Shown piece by piece: positions 1 through 8,413 of a DNA stretch of 64,000 nt. A program made the position numbers and the translations under genes. The stretch lies in contig CAAEBN010000017.1 of assembly GCA_900754075.1 (NCBI GenBank), positions 10,688-74,687 of the forward strand, given 5' to 3'. This stretch comes from an uncultured Collinsella sp. (GTDB taxonomy: Bacteria; Actinomycetota; Coriobacteriia; Coriobacteriales; Coriobacteriaceae). How positions within the stretch are numbered: position 1 is the stretch's first letter; every line of letters starts with the position of its first letter. The notes under the pieces are model-generated. The model saw nothing but the letters and a program-made list of their open reading frames with translations, ran no database searches and was not told where the DNA came from.

Positions 1-241
1 CAAATTCAACACTCTTCATGGTGGGGTGGACCTGGAAGCCGTCCTCGACGGTCTCGATACGGGCGCCGAGCGCCGTGAGGCAGCGCACCGTAGCATCGAT
101 GTCGGCGCAGGTAGTGTTGCATGTAACGTGTGTCTCGCCGTTGGCAAGAGCGGCGCAGATGATGAGGCGATGCGCCATCGATTTGGACGCGATGGCGGGA
201 ACGGTGCCCTTGAGCGGGGACGGGGTGATGCGGGCTAACAT
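1..241 (-). CDS. aroA: 3-phosphoshikimate 1-carboxyvinyltransferase (EPSP synthase), N-terminal fragment running off the window
   Basis: The reverse-strand frame starting at ATG 241..239 translates to MLARITPSPLKGTVPAIASKSMAHRLIICAALANGET..., matching the EPSP synthase N-terminal motif (PGSKS-x-x-HR..AALA.G.T). Its start overlaps the aroB stop (ATGTTAG). Not in the ORF track because it is truncated by the window edge. Confidence 0.7.
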   Translation of the reverse strand, partial: MLARITPSPLKGTVPAIASKSMAHRLIICAALANGETHVTCNTTCADIDATVRCLTALGARIETVEDGFQVHPTMKSVEF

Positions 242-1341
242 GCGGAAGCGTCTCCCTTCTGGCCGAGGCCCTCGGCAATCAAATCGTGGAAGGTGGAAAG
301 CGGCGTGCGGTCGATGCTGCAGCGGCCAATTCCGTGCGGAATTACCAGGTCGATGGTGTCGCCCGCGCGCTTCTTGTCGTGGAGCGCCTCGGCAAAGACG
401 GCATCGGCATCTAGGTCGCAGCGGGTCTTGAGGCCGTGGCGGGCGCAGAGCTCCTCGATACGATCGGGCAGCTCGGCATCGCAAACGCCATGTAGGGCTG
501 CGGCGCGCGTGATGATGCCCATGCCAATCGACACGCAGTTGCCGTGGCCGAGCTCAAAGTGCTCGCAGGCTTCGACGGCGTGTCCGGCGCTGTGGCCAAA
601 GTTAAGGAGCTTGCGCTGATTGGTCTCGCGCTCGTCGGCAACGACCACGGCGCGCTTGATGTCGATATTGCGGGCGATGATGAGCGCCGCACGGGCCACG
701 TCATGGTTGAGCAGCTCAAGCGTGAGTGGGGTCTTCTCCAGCTCGGCGAAAAGCTCGGGGTCGGCGATCACGGCGTGCTTGACGACCTCGCCGCAGCCGT
801 CGGCGAACTGCTCGGGCGTGAGGGTGGCGAGGCACCCCACGTCGGCGATGACCACGCTCGGCTGCCAAAAGGCGCCGGCCAGGTTCTTGCCAGCCTCCAG
901 GTCGATGGCCGTCTTGCCGCCGACCGACGAATCCACCATGGCGAGCAGGCTTGTGGGAATCTGCACAAACTTGCAGCCGCGCATGTAGGTGGCGGCCACA
1001 AAGCCGGCCACGTCGCCCACGACGCCGCCGCCGAGCGCCACGATCACGTCGGAGCGCGAAAGCTCGTGCTCGGCCACAAACTCCAAAATGGCAACGTAGG
1101 TCTCGGCGCGCTTATGGGCCTCGCCGGCCTCGAAGGTGTAGATGCTCACCTCGTAGCCTGCGGATTCGAGGCTTTGCTTAACGGGCATCTGGTAGAGGGG
1201 ACCTACGTTGGTGTCCGTCACGATGACGGCGTGCGAGCCGCCGGCGGTGGCGCGTACGAGCGGGCCTGCCTGCTCCAGTAAAAACGTGCCCACATGCACC
1301 TGGTAGGGGCGTACGGTGTCGATATCGATGGTAATCGCCAT
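235..1341 (-). CDS. aroB: 3-dehydroquinate synthase
   Basis: 368 aa; glycine-rich NAD-binding GGGVVGDVAGF and the metal/substrate region ...IPTSLLAMVDSSVGGKTAIDL typical of DHQ synthase. Lies in a shikimate operon with tyrA and aroA. Confidence 0.9.
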   Translation of the reverse strand: MAITIDIDTVRPYQVHVGTFLLEQAGPLVRATAGGSHAVIVTDTNVGPLYQMPVKQSLESAGYEVSIYTFEAGEAHKRAETYVAILEFVAEHELSRSDVIVALGGGVVGDVAGFVAATYMRGCKFVQIPTSLLAMVDSSVGGKTAIDLEAGKNLAGAFWQPSVVIADVGCLATLTPEQFADGCGEVVKHAVIADPELFAELEKTPLTLELLNHDVARAALIIARNIDIKRAVVVADERETNQRKLLNFGHSAGHAVEACEHFELGHGNCVSIGMGIITRAAALHGVCDAELPDRIEELCARHGLKTRCDLDADAVFAEALHDKKRAGDTIDLVIPHGIGRCSIDRTPLSTFHDLIAEGLGQKGDASAC

Positions 1342-1377
1342 AAGCTTCGGTCCTTTCGACCTGGCGTGATAGGTGGT

Positions 1378-2292
1378 CTAGTGGGAGGTCTCGTCGTCGA
1401 GCGCGCGCTTGATGCGGTCGCCCTCGGCAAGGAGATTTTCCAGATAGCGCTGGTTTCGGTCCTTAAGGGCGCGTCTGTAGGCGCCGAGCGAGTCGATCAG
1501 ATGGTCGATCTCGAAGGCGAGCGCATCTGCATCGTCGATCATGAGCTCGGACCACATTTGCGGGTTGAGGTGCGCCACGCGGGTGAGGTCGCGGTAGCTG
1601 CCGGCCGAAAAACCGTGGTGGACCTGCGCGGTCGGGCTCTTAACATAGGCGTTGGAGACGACGTGCGCGAGCTGGCTTGTAAAGGCGATGACGCGGTCGT
1701 GCTCGGCGGCGCTTGTTACGCTGAACTTGCCAAAGCCTAAGGGACGCACCATCTCGCGCACCTGGCCCAAAAGCTCCAGCTTAAGTGCGTCGTCCACTGC
1801 GGGCGGCACAAGAACGAGCGGTGCGCCCTGGAACAGGTCGGCGCGGGAGTGCGCGTAGCCCGAGAACTGCGTGCCCGCCATGGGGTGCGCGCCCACAAAG
1901 TAAAAACCGTGCTCGCGGGCAAGCTCAAAGGCGCGCTCGCACACGATACCCTTGACGCCCACGGTGTCGATCACCACGGGGCCCATGATGGCCTCGGTGT
2001 CGGTGGCGTCGGCGAGTGCCTGGGCGTGCGCCTCGAGCCACTCGATGCAGGCCTCGGGGTAGCAAGCAAGGACGATGATGTCGCACTCGCCGAGCGTCTT
2101 ATCGTTGAGTTCGCCGGCGACGGTGCCCATGCTGGCGGCCGTCATGACGTCGTCATCGGGGTCCCAGGCCAGCACGCGGACGCCCGCCTGCGCATAGCCG
2201 CGGGCAAAGCTGCCGCCGATGAGGCCCAGGCCCACGATACCGGCGCACTTGGGGCCACCCTGGTTAACGCGTGCGTTTCTCACCGTACCCAT
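1378..2292 (-). CDS. tyrA: prephenate dehydrogenase
   Basis: 304 aa; N-terminal Rossmann motif IVGLGLIGGSFA and overall TyrA-like sequence. Adjacent to aroB. Confidence 0.8.
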   Translation of the reverse strand: MGTVRNARVNQGGPKCAGIVGLGLIGGSFARGYAQAGVRVLAWDPDDDVMTAASMGTVAGELNDKTLGECDIIVLACYPEACIEWLEAHAQALADATDTEAIMGPVVIDTVGVKGIVCERAFELAREHGFYFVGAHPMAGTQFSGYAHSRADLFQGAPLVLVPPAVDDALKLELLGQVREMVRPLGFGKFSVTSAAEHDRVIAFTSQLAHVVSNAYVKSPTAQVHHGFSAGSYRDLTRVAHLNPQMWSELMIDDADALAFEIDHLIDSLGAYRRALKDRNQRYLENLLAEGDRIKRALDDETSH

Positions 2293-2295
2293 GGG

Positions 2296-3321
2296 CTACT
2301 CCTGAACGGTCTCTTGGCAGACGACCTCGCGGATGGCGCGGATGCGGCGCATGGTGTCGTCGAACTGGTCGGGGGTGAGGGCCTGAGCACCGTCGGACCA
2401 GGCGTGGCTCGGGTCGTCGTGGACCTCGATCTCCAGACCGTTGGCGCCGCAGGCGGTCGCGGCGAGCGCCATGGGCTCAACATAGCGGGTGTAACCGGTG
2501 GCGTGGCTGGGGTCGGCGACGACGGGCAGGTGCGATAGGTGGTGCAGCACCGGCACGGCGTTGAGGTCGAAGGTGTTGCGGGTGCGGGTCTCGAAGGTGC
2601 GGATGCCGCGCTCGCACAGGATGACGTTGTCGTTGCCCTCGCTCATGATGTACTCGGCTGCCATAAGCAGCTCGTCGACGGTGCCGGACATGCCGCGCTT
2701 GAGCAGGATCGGGGTCTGCGTCTTGCCGACCTCCTTGAGCAGGGGGAAGTTCTGGGCGTTGCGAGCGCCAATCTGCATGACGTCGATCTTCTTGTTGAGG
2801 AAGACCTGCACGTCGCGCGGGTCCATGATCTCGGTGACGATCGGCATGTCGAGCTCGGCGGATGCCTCGCACAGTAGGTCCAGGCCGGCGGGACCCATGC
2901 CTTGGTAGGCGTACGGGGAGGTGCGGGGCTTGTAGGCGCCGCCGCGCAGCATCGTGGCGCCGGCGGCCTTCACACGGCGTGCGATGCGGATGAGGTTCTC
3001 GCCCTCGACGGAGCAGGGGCCGGCGATGACCTGGAACTGGTCGCCGCCGATCTTGACGCCGTGGCCGCAGTCGATGATGGAGTCCTCGGGGTGGAACTTG
3101 CGGTTGGCGCGCTTGAACGGCTCGGAGACGCGCTGCACGCGCTCGACGACGTCCATGGACTCGAGCAGGAACGGGTCGATCTTGGTCGTATCGCCCACCA
3201 GGCCGATGATGGTCTCGTTCTCGCCGCGCGAGACGTCGGTTTTGAGTCCCTTTTTCTCAATCCAGCTGACGATGTGGCTGACGGCCTCGTCGCTGGCGCT
3301 CTGCTTTAAAATCGCAATCAT
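2296..3321 (-). CDS. aroF: 3-deoxy-7-phosphoheptulonate (DAHP) synthase, type I-beta, with N-terminal ferredoxin-like/ACT regulatory domain
   Basis: Catalytic core shows KDO8P/DAH7PS (I-beta) similarity (…GPCSVEGENLIRIARRVKAAGATMLRGGAYKPRTSPY…); a ~70 aa N-terminal regulatory domain precedes it. The ORF-track start at 3369 is probably too far upstream: ATG 3321..3319 is preceded by AGGTGAGAGG. Confidence 0.8.
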   Translation of the reverse strand: MIAILKQSASDEAVSHIVSWIEKKGLKTDVSRGENETIIGLVGDTTKIDPFLLESMDVVERVQRVSEPFKRANRKFHPEDSIIDCGHGVKIGGDQFQVIAGPCSVEGENLIRIARRVKAAGATMLRGGAYKPRTSPYAYQGMGPAGLDLLCEASAELDMPIVTEIMDPRDVQVFLNKKIDVMQIGARNAQNFPLLKEVGKTQTPILLKRGMSGTVDELLMAAEYIMSEGNDNVILCERGIRTFETRTRNTFDLNAVPVLHHLSHLPVVADPSHATGYTRYVEPMALAATACGANGLEIEVHDDPSHAWSDGAQALTPDQFDDTMRRIRAIREVVCQETVQE

Positions 3322-3483
3322 GGTGTGCCTCTCACCTCGATGGATAGCCCTTGCAAAAACGGCCCGCATCGCGAGCCGTTATATATGTGCATGAGAGTTT
3401 ATACTATCTGACTCGCTTTTGCCGCCTAAAGCGCGCCGTCGCGCCGTGTCTCCCACGTAATTGCAAAGCTTTTTCTATTATTT

Positions 3484-3512
3484 TGTTAGCCCGTGGCGCA
3501 CTTGGGTATAAT
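3484..3512 (+). promoter_or_regulatory. sigma-70-like promoter for tRNA-Arg (TTGTTA-17 nt-TATAAT)
   Basis: -35 TTGTTA at 3484-3489, 17-nt spacer, -10 TATAAT at 3507-3512, 11 nt upstream of the tRNA 5' end. Confidence 0.6.
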
Positions 3513-3523
3513 GCCTACCGTTC

Positions 3524-3600
3524 GCCCTATTAGCTCAGGGGATTAGAGCGTCTGCCTCCGGAGCAGAAGGCCGTTGGTTCGAATCCAACATGGGGCACCA
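3524..3600 (+). tRNA. tRNA-Arg (anticodon CCG), CCA encoded
   Basis: Manually folded cloverleaf. Acceptor GCCCTAT/ATGGGGC with one G-U pair; D-arm GCTCAGGGGATTAGAGC; anticodon stem TCTGC/GCAGA with loop CTCCGGA giving anticodon CCG; T-arm GTTGG-TTCGAAT-CCAAC; discriminator A followed by CCA. Confidence 0.85.
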
Positions 3601-3626
3601 TCGAACTAAGACCGTCCGAACCTCGC

Positions 3627-6413
3627 ATGGTCCGGGCGGTTTTCTTATACCGACGCGACATGATGGGACGTGGTATGGCAGCAACGGATATCGAGCGCGG
3701 ACTCTCGACCGCCGAGGTCGAGGAGCGCATCGCCGCCGGTAAGATCGACCGCAACATGGAGCTCAAGACCAAGTCGGTCCGCGAGCTCATCATCGAGAAC
3801 CTCTGCACGCTGTTTAACTTGATCAACGTGGTCTTGGCGATTTTGGTGTTGCTGACCGGTTCGTTTAAGAATCTGACGTTCCTGTTCGTGGTGTTCTTGA
3901 ACACGGCAATTGGCGTCATCCAGTCCATGCGTTCCAAGCGGATGGTCGACAAGCTTACGCTGCTCACCTCTAAGAAGGCCATCGCGGTGCGCGACGGCGC
4001 CGAGGTGGAGCTCGATCTGGACCAGATCGTTCTCGACGATATCATTCGCCTGGGGCGCGGTGACCAGATTCCCGCCGACGCCGTGGTAGTGTCGGGCGAG
4101 GCGCTCGTCAACGAGAGCCTGCTGACGGGCGAGAGCGACCTCATTAAGAAACAGCCCGGCTCCGAGCTCATGAGCGGTAGCTTTATCGACTCGGGCCTGC
4201 TGCGCGCCCGCGTGATCCATGTCGGCGCCGATAACTACGTGGCAAAGATCAACAACGAGGCCAAGTACGTCAAAAAGGTCAATTCCGAGATCATGAACGC
4301 GCTGAACGCCATCGTGCGGTTCGCGAGCATTATCATGATCCCGCTTGGTCTGGCGCTCTTTGCCTCGAGTGTGAGCGAGCTGTGGGATGCCGCGGGAACC
4401 CCGGGCGATAGCGCGCTTTCCTGGTGCTTCTCCGAGCTGCTGGCCGGTCGCGTGCCTTCTTCGGCGCTGCTCTCCACGGTGGGTGCCCTGCTGGGCATGA
4501 TTCCGCAGGGCCTGGTGCTGCTGACCTCGTCGGTTCTCGCCATCGCCACGGTGCGCCTGGCGCGTCGCAAGGTGCTGGCACAGCAGCTCTACTGCATCGA
4601 GACGCTCGCGCGCGTCGACGTTTTGTGCCTGGACAAGACGGGCACCATTACCTCGGGCCGTATGGAGGTCGAGGGTACCTACCCGCTGCCTGTTGAGGGT
4701 GTTGGCTTTGGCGCGGACTCGGACGAGGCTGCTGTTCCCGTCGAGACCACGGTGCTCGACTTTGCGCTTGCCAACGTGGCACGTGCGACCTTGGCAGACG
4801 CCAACGAGACCTGCCAGGCGCTGCTCAACTACTACGCCGATCGTCCGGTCGAGGTGTCCGAGCCGCTGTCGGTCATTCCGTTCTCGTCGTCCAAAAAGTG
4901 GAGCGGCGCGTCGTTTGCGCAGGGCTCCTATGTGATGGGCGCCGCGCAGTTTGTGCTCTCGGACCGTGTGTTTTCACAGGTCGAGAACCGTGTCGCCGAG
5001 CTTGCCGATACCTGCCGCGTGCTTGTGGTGGCGCGCGTGGACGGCTTTACGCCCGACGGTGATATGGTGGGCGAGGCCGAGCCCGTGGGCTTTGTGACCA
5101 TCCGCGATGAGATTCGCACCTCGGCAGCCGAGACTATCGGCTACTTTAACGAGCAGGGCGTGACCCTCAACGTGATCAGCGGCGACGACCCGCGTACGGT
5201 GTCGTCGATCGCGCGCGTGGTGGGCGTGCCGGGCGCCGACGCTTACGTGGACGCTACGACGCTCGATACGCCGTCCAAGATTGATGCGGCAGTGGACCGT
5301 TACCACGTCTTTGGGCGTGTGACGCCGCAGCAGAAGCGCGAGCTCGTACAGGCGCTCAAACGCCGCGGGTACACCGTGGCCATGACGGGCGACGGCGTCA
5401 ACGACGTACTGGCGCTCAAGGAGGCCGACTGCTCCGTGGCGATGGCCGCCGGCTCCGATGCCGCGCGCAATGTGGCCGAGATCGTGCTCGTCGATAACGA
5501 CTTTGCCTCGATGCCCGCTGTGGTGGCCGAGGGCCGTCGTTCTATCAATAACCTGCAGCGCTCTGCCGCGCTCTTTCTGACCAAGACGCTGTTCTCGATG
5601 GGCCTGGCGGCGCTGTGCATCGCGCTGCCGCCGTATCCCTTTGAGCCCATTCAGATGACGCTCATCAACTTCTTCTGCATCGGCGCGCCGGGATTTGTGC
5701 TGGGCCTGGAGCCCAACAACGCCCGCGTGAAGGGGTCGTTCTTGACCAACGTGCTTAAGCGTGCGCTGCCGGCGTCGATTGCGGTCATTTTGGCTGCGGC
5801 TCTCGATATCTTTGTGGCACGCGTATTTGGCTTTAGCCAGCTTACGCTTTCGACCATGTGCCTGCTCACGTCGTGCGCGGCGAGTGTCAGCCTGATCTGG
5901 CGCATCTCGCAGCCGCTCACGCCCTTGCGCGTGGTGCTTTTCGTGTTTGTCGTCGCCGGTATTTTGACGGGCGTTATCGGGTTCCCGGGACTGCTGTCCA
6001 TCGCCAACTTGTCGATGGGTCAGATGGTCATCTTGGCGGTTATCGTCGTCATTACCTGCGCGGTTTTCTTTAAGCTTGCCACGATGATGGACTCGCTTAA
6101 GCCCCGTCGCCGTCATGCGGCTACCGGCTTTGGACGTGGCGTGCGCGTTCGCCTGGGTCGCGGCGGCGGCAAGGTGAGCTCGACGGGATCGACCGCCGAG
6201 CGTTTTGCCAAGCGCGTTGCCGCCGATATGGCGCAGCGCCGTGAGAGCCGCACTGCTCGCGAGGCCGAGGCACACGCACTCGAGGGCGTGGCCCAGACCC
6301 AGCCCAAGAAAAAGAAGAGTGCCGGTGCCAAGCGCTCCCGCGTGACCAAATCGGCCCAGGGCATCAAGGTATCGATGCCCAGCAAGAAGAATAAGCCCGT
6401 AAAGAAAGACTAG
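3627..6413 (+). CDS. cation-transporting P-type ATPase (P2-type, Ca2+/Mg2+ family) with basic C-terminal tail
   Basis: Phosphorylation motif DKTGTIT, hinge MTGDGVNDVLALKEADCSVAM, about 10 predicted TM segments and a GLSTAEVEERIAAGKIDRN N-terminus. The true start is probably ATG 3660 or 3675, because the ORF-track start lies only 27 nt after the tRNA. The C-terminal ~110 aa are Lys/Arg-rich. Confidence 0.85.
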   Translation: MVRAVFLYRRDMMGRGMAATDIERGLSTAEVEERIAAGKIDRNMELKTKSVRELIIENLCTLFNLINVVLAILVLLTGSFKNLTFLFVVFLNTAIGVIQSMRSKRMVDKLTLLTSKKAIAVRDGAEVELDLDQIVLDDIIRLGRGDQIPADAVVVSGEALVNESLLTGESDLIKKQPGSELMSGSFIDSGLLRARVIHVGADNYVAKINNEAKYVKKVNSEIMNALNAIVRFASIIMIPLGLALFASSVSELWDAAGTPGDSALSWCFSELLAGRVPSSALLSTVGALLGMIPQGLVLLTSSVLAIATVRLARRKVLAQQLYCIETLARVDVLCLDKTGTITSGRMEVEGTYPLPVEGVGFGADSDEAAVPVETTVLDFALANVARATLADANETCQALLNYYADRPVEVSEPLSVIPFSSSKKWSGASFAQGSYVMGAAQFVLSDRVFSQVENRVAELADTCRVLVVARVDGFTPDGDMVGEAEPVGFVTIRDEIRTSAAETIGYFNEQGVTLNVISGDDPRTVSSIARVVGVPGADAYVDATTLDTPSKIDAAVDRYHVFGRVTPQQKRELVQALKRRGYTVAMTGDGVNDVLALKEADCSVAMAAGSDAARNVAEIVLVDNDFASMPAVVAEGRRSINNLQRSAALFLTKTLFSMGLAALCIALPPYPFEPIQMTLINFFCIGAPGFVLGLEPNNARVKGSFLTNVLKRALPASIAVILAAALDIFVARVFGFSQLTLSTMCLLTSCAASVSLIWRISQPLTPLRVVLFVFVVAGILTGVIGFPGLLSIANLSMGQMVILAVIVVITCAVFFKLATMMDSLKPRRRHAATGFGRGVRVRLGRGGGKVSSTGSTAERFAKRVAADMAQRRESRTAREAEAHALEGVAQTQPKKKKSAGAKRSRVTKSAQGIKVSMPSKKNKPVKKD

Positions 6414-6424
6414 CCCCAACGCCT

Positions 6425-6501
6425 CCCTAAGTTGCGGTGAAATAGGGACTGTTTAAGCGTTTTAACCTCCTATTCAGTCCCTATTTCACCGCAACTTAGG
6501 G
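6425..6501. repeat. 27-bp perfect inverted repeat (arms 6425-6451 and 6475-6501) with 23-nt loop
   Basis: CCCTAAGTTGCGGTGAAATAGGGACTG ... CAGTCCCTATTTCACCGCAACTTAGGG are exact reverse complements. Lies 12 nt after the ATPase stop, with no U-tract on either strand. Confidence 0.9.
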
Positions 6502-6599
6502 GTGAGCGGCGATGTTGAATTGGTGCCTTGCGCTTGTGGGGCCGTGTCGATGTTATGCTCTAACCTCAATTGTTTGAATTGCTTCGGAAAGAGGATGCC

Positions 6600-7754
6600 G
6601 TGATCTGCCCGCATTGCTTAAAGAACATCGAGGACGGCGCCTCGTTCTGCCCCTATTGCAACGCATACGTTGGTCCTGGCGATGGCCCCGAGCATACCGA
6701 GTTCGTGTTCTGCGACGGCTGCGGCGCCCGTCTGTCCCCGCATGACCGTACCTGTCCCAAGTGTGGACGCCCCGCGCCGGGCATCCTTTCCGAGGACGCG
6801 GCCGCATCCGACCTGGCCGCAGGGCGCACGGCCGGCTTTCCGCGCCTGACGCAGGAGCAGATCGATACCGAGGTACCCCACGCGCCGGCATCTGCCGCCG
6901 CGGTGCTCTCCGACGCAGCCGACCCCAACGAGACCTGCGTGCTGCCTGCCTTTGATAAGGACTTTGGCATCCCCAAGGTCGATATCCCCACGCCGGTGTC
7001 CCTGCGCGATGGTGCTCAGCCTAAAAAGCAAAAGCCCAAGCGCAAGGTCCATCCCGACGAGGATGCCTATCACAAGCACAAGCGCCATATCCCCAAACCG
7101 CTCATCGTCATCGCGGTGCTCGCCGCCGTGTGCGGTGGTGCCTATTGGTTTGTGACTGCCGATCCCATGGGCGTCATGCCCGGCTTCTGCGACCAGTTTG
7201 GCCAGGCCGCCAAGACCACCTTCCCGTCGCGCCAAAAGGGCGAGGCAACCGAGAAAGAGTCCACGCAAGAGGATGCGTCCGAGGTCGTTCAGGAGGAGAC
7301 CGTCTTAACCGACGACCAGCTCTACACCAGGCTCGACGGCCTGTACCAGACCATCGTGTCGTACAGCGACGATGACCAGATCGGCGAGGTCATCGATTCG
7401 TTTAATAACGGCTATCTGCGTACGCCGCTCTCCACCCGCCAGGAGCTGTCGCAGAGCGCCTATGCCCTGCGCGATCAGATTAAAAAGACCCAGGATGAGC
7501 TCAATAACCTCAAGGTTCAGGACGACACGGTCTATGCGGAGGACATCGATCATCTAAAGCAGCTTGCCCAGTGGATGTACGAGCGTGTCGACGTGATCTG
7601 CCAGAGTTGGGATATCTCGCTGTCCATTCCCGACGGCGAGTCGCTGAGCGCCCGTCAGAGCGAGATCCTGGCGCCCATCGCACAAGGCGGCAACAGCGCG
7701 CTTAACCAGTACGACGCCAACGTGAGCGCCTGGAGGCCGCAGCAGCGTTCGTAA
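6600..7754 (+). CDS. membrane-anchored hypothetical protein with N-terminal double zinc-ribbon
   Basis: Two CxxC…CxxC ribbons (CPHCLKN…CPYCNAY and CDGCGAR…CPKCGRP), a Pro/Ala/Lys-rich linker, one TM helix (LIVIAVLAAVCGGAYWFV) and a ~200 aa extracytoplasmic domain with no recognisable motifs. Start is probably GTG 6600 (SD GGAAAGAGGA) rather than the ORF-track start at 6570. Confidence 0.6.
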   Translation: MICPHCLKNIEDGASFCPYCNAYVGPGDGPEHTEFVFCDGCGARLSPHDRTCPKCGRPAPGILSEDAAASDLAAGRTAGFPRLTQEQIDTEVPHAPASAAAVLSDAADPNETCVLPAFDKDFGIPKVDIPTPVSLRDGAQPKKQKPKRKVHPDEDAYHKHKRHIPKPLIVIAVLAAVCGGAYWFVTADPMGVMPGFCDQFGQAAKTTFPSRQKGEATEKESTQEDASEVVQEETVLTDDQLYTRLDGLYQTIVSYSDDDQIGEVIDSFNNGYLRTPLSTRQELSQSAYALRDQIKKTQDELNNLKVQDDTVYAEDIDHLKQLAQWMYERVDVICQSWDISLSIPDGESLSARQSEILAPIAQGGNSALNQYDANVSAWRPQQRS

Positions 7755-7859
7755 TTTGTTGCCCTCCGGCGGCATAACCTGCGTGCGCAATTGATGGAAG
7801 CCCGTGCTTATTGCTACAATTCGTACAAATATGCTTTAAACGCACGAGGAAGGAACCAC

Positions 7860-8402
7860 ATGTTTGGTTTTAAGAAAGAGCTCTATACGCCCGAGTACCA
7901 GCTCGTCGGTGACGAGTGCGCGGTGATCGAGACGTCGAAGGGCACCATCAAGGTCAAGTTTGACGGTGAGGGCGCCCCCATCCATGTGGCGAACTTTTGC
8001 GAGCTTTCCACGATGGGCTTCTATGACGGCCTTAAGTTCCATCGCTACGTGCCCGGCTTTGTGATCCAGGGCGGCGACCCCAATACCCGCGATATGTCCG
8101 GCGCCGACGTCGCTGCCGGCCTTGAGGGTCCCGATGGCATGCCCGGTACCGGCGGCCCCGGCTACTGCATCAAGGGTGAGTTTGCCACCAATCCGCGCAA
8201 CAGCCATGTTGACGGCGCGCTTGCTATGGCCCGCTCCATGGATCCCGATTCCGCGGGCTCGCAGTTCTATTTCTGCCTGGGTGCCCAGCACAACCTCGAC
8301 TCCGGCTATACCGTCTTTGGCACCACGGTCGAGGGCCTCGATGTCATCTCGCAGCTGCGCGCCGGCGACGAGATCGTTCATGTCGAGATCGTTCACGAGT
8401 AA
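7860..8402 (+). CDS. ppiB: peptidyl-prolyl cis-trans isomerase, cyclophilin type
   Basis: Cyclophilin fold signatures (…FHRYVPGFVIQGGDP…GYCIKGEFATNPRNSH…GALAMARS…SQFYFCLG). ATG 7860 is preceded by GAGGAAGGAA; the ORF-track start at 7791 is an upstream extension. Confidence 0.85.
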   Translation: MFGFKKELYTPEYQLVGDECAVIETSKGTIKVKFDGEGAPIHVANFCELSTMGFYDGLKFHRYVPGFVIQGGDPNTRDMSGADVAAGLEGPDGMPGTGGPGYCIKGEFATNPRNSHVDGALAMARSMDPDSAGSQFYFCLGAQHNLDSGYTVFGTTVEGLDVISQLRAGDEIVHVEIVHE

Positions 8403-8413
8403 AGGGGACTTCC

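Noticed and set aside
18-431. 137-aa + strand ORF at the window start
   Set aside because: Overlaps aroA/aroB on the opposite strand and has no SD. The - strand reading gives a clear EPSP synthase N-terminus instead.
4974-6419. 481-aa ORF on the - strand
   Set aside because: Antisense to the P-type ATPase; Arg/His/Gly-rich with no domains.
6425-6501. Possible CRISPR repeat
   Set aside because: Only two copies, and they are in inverted rather than direct orientation. No further repeats or cas genes.
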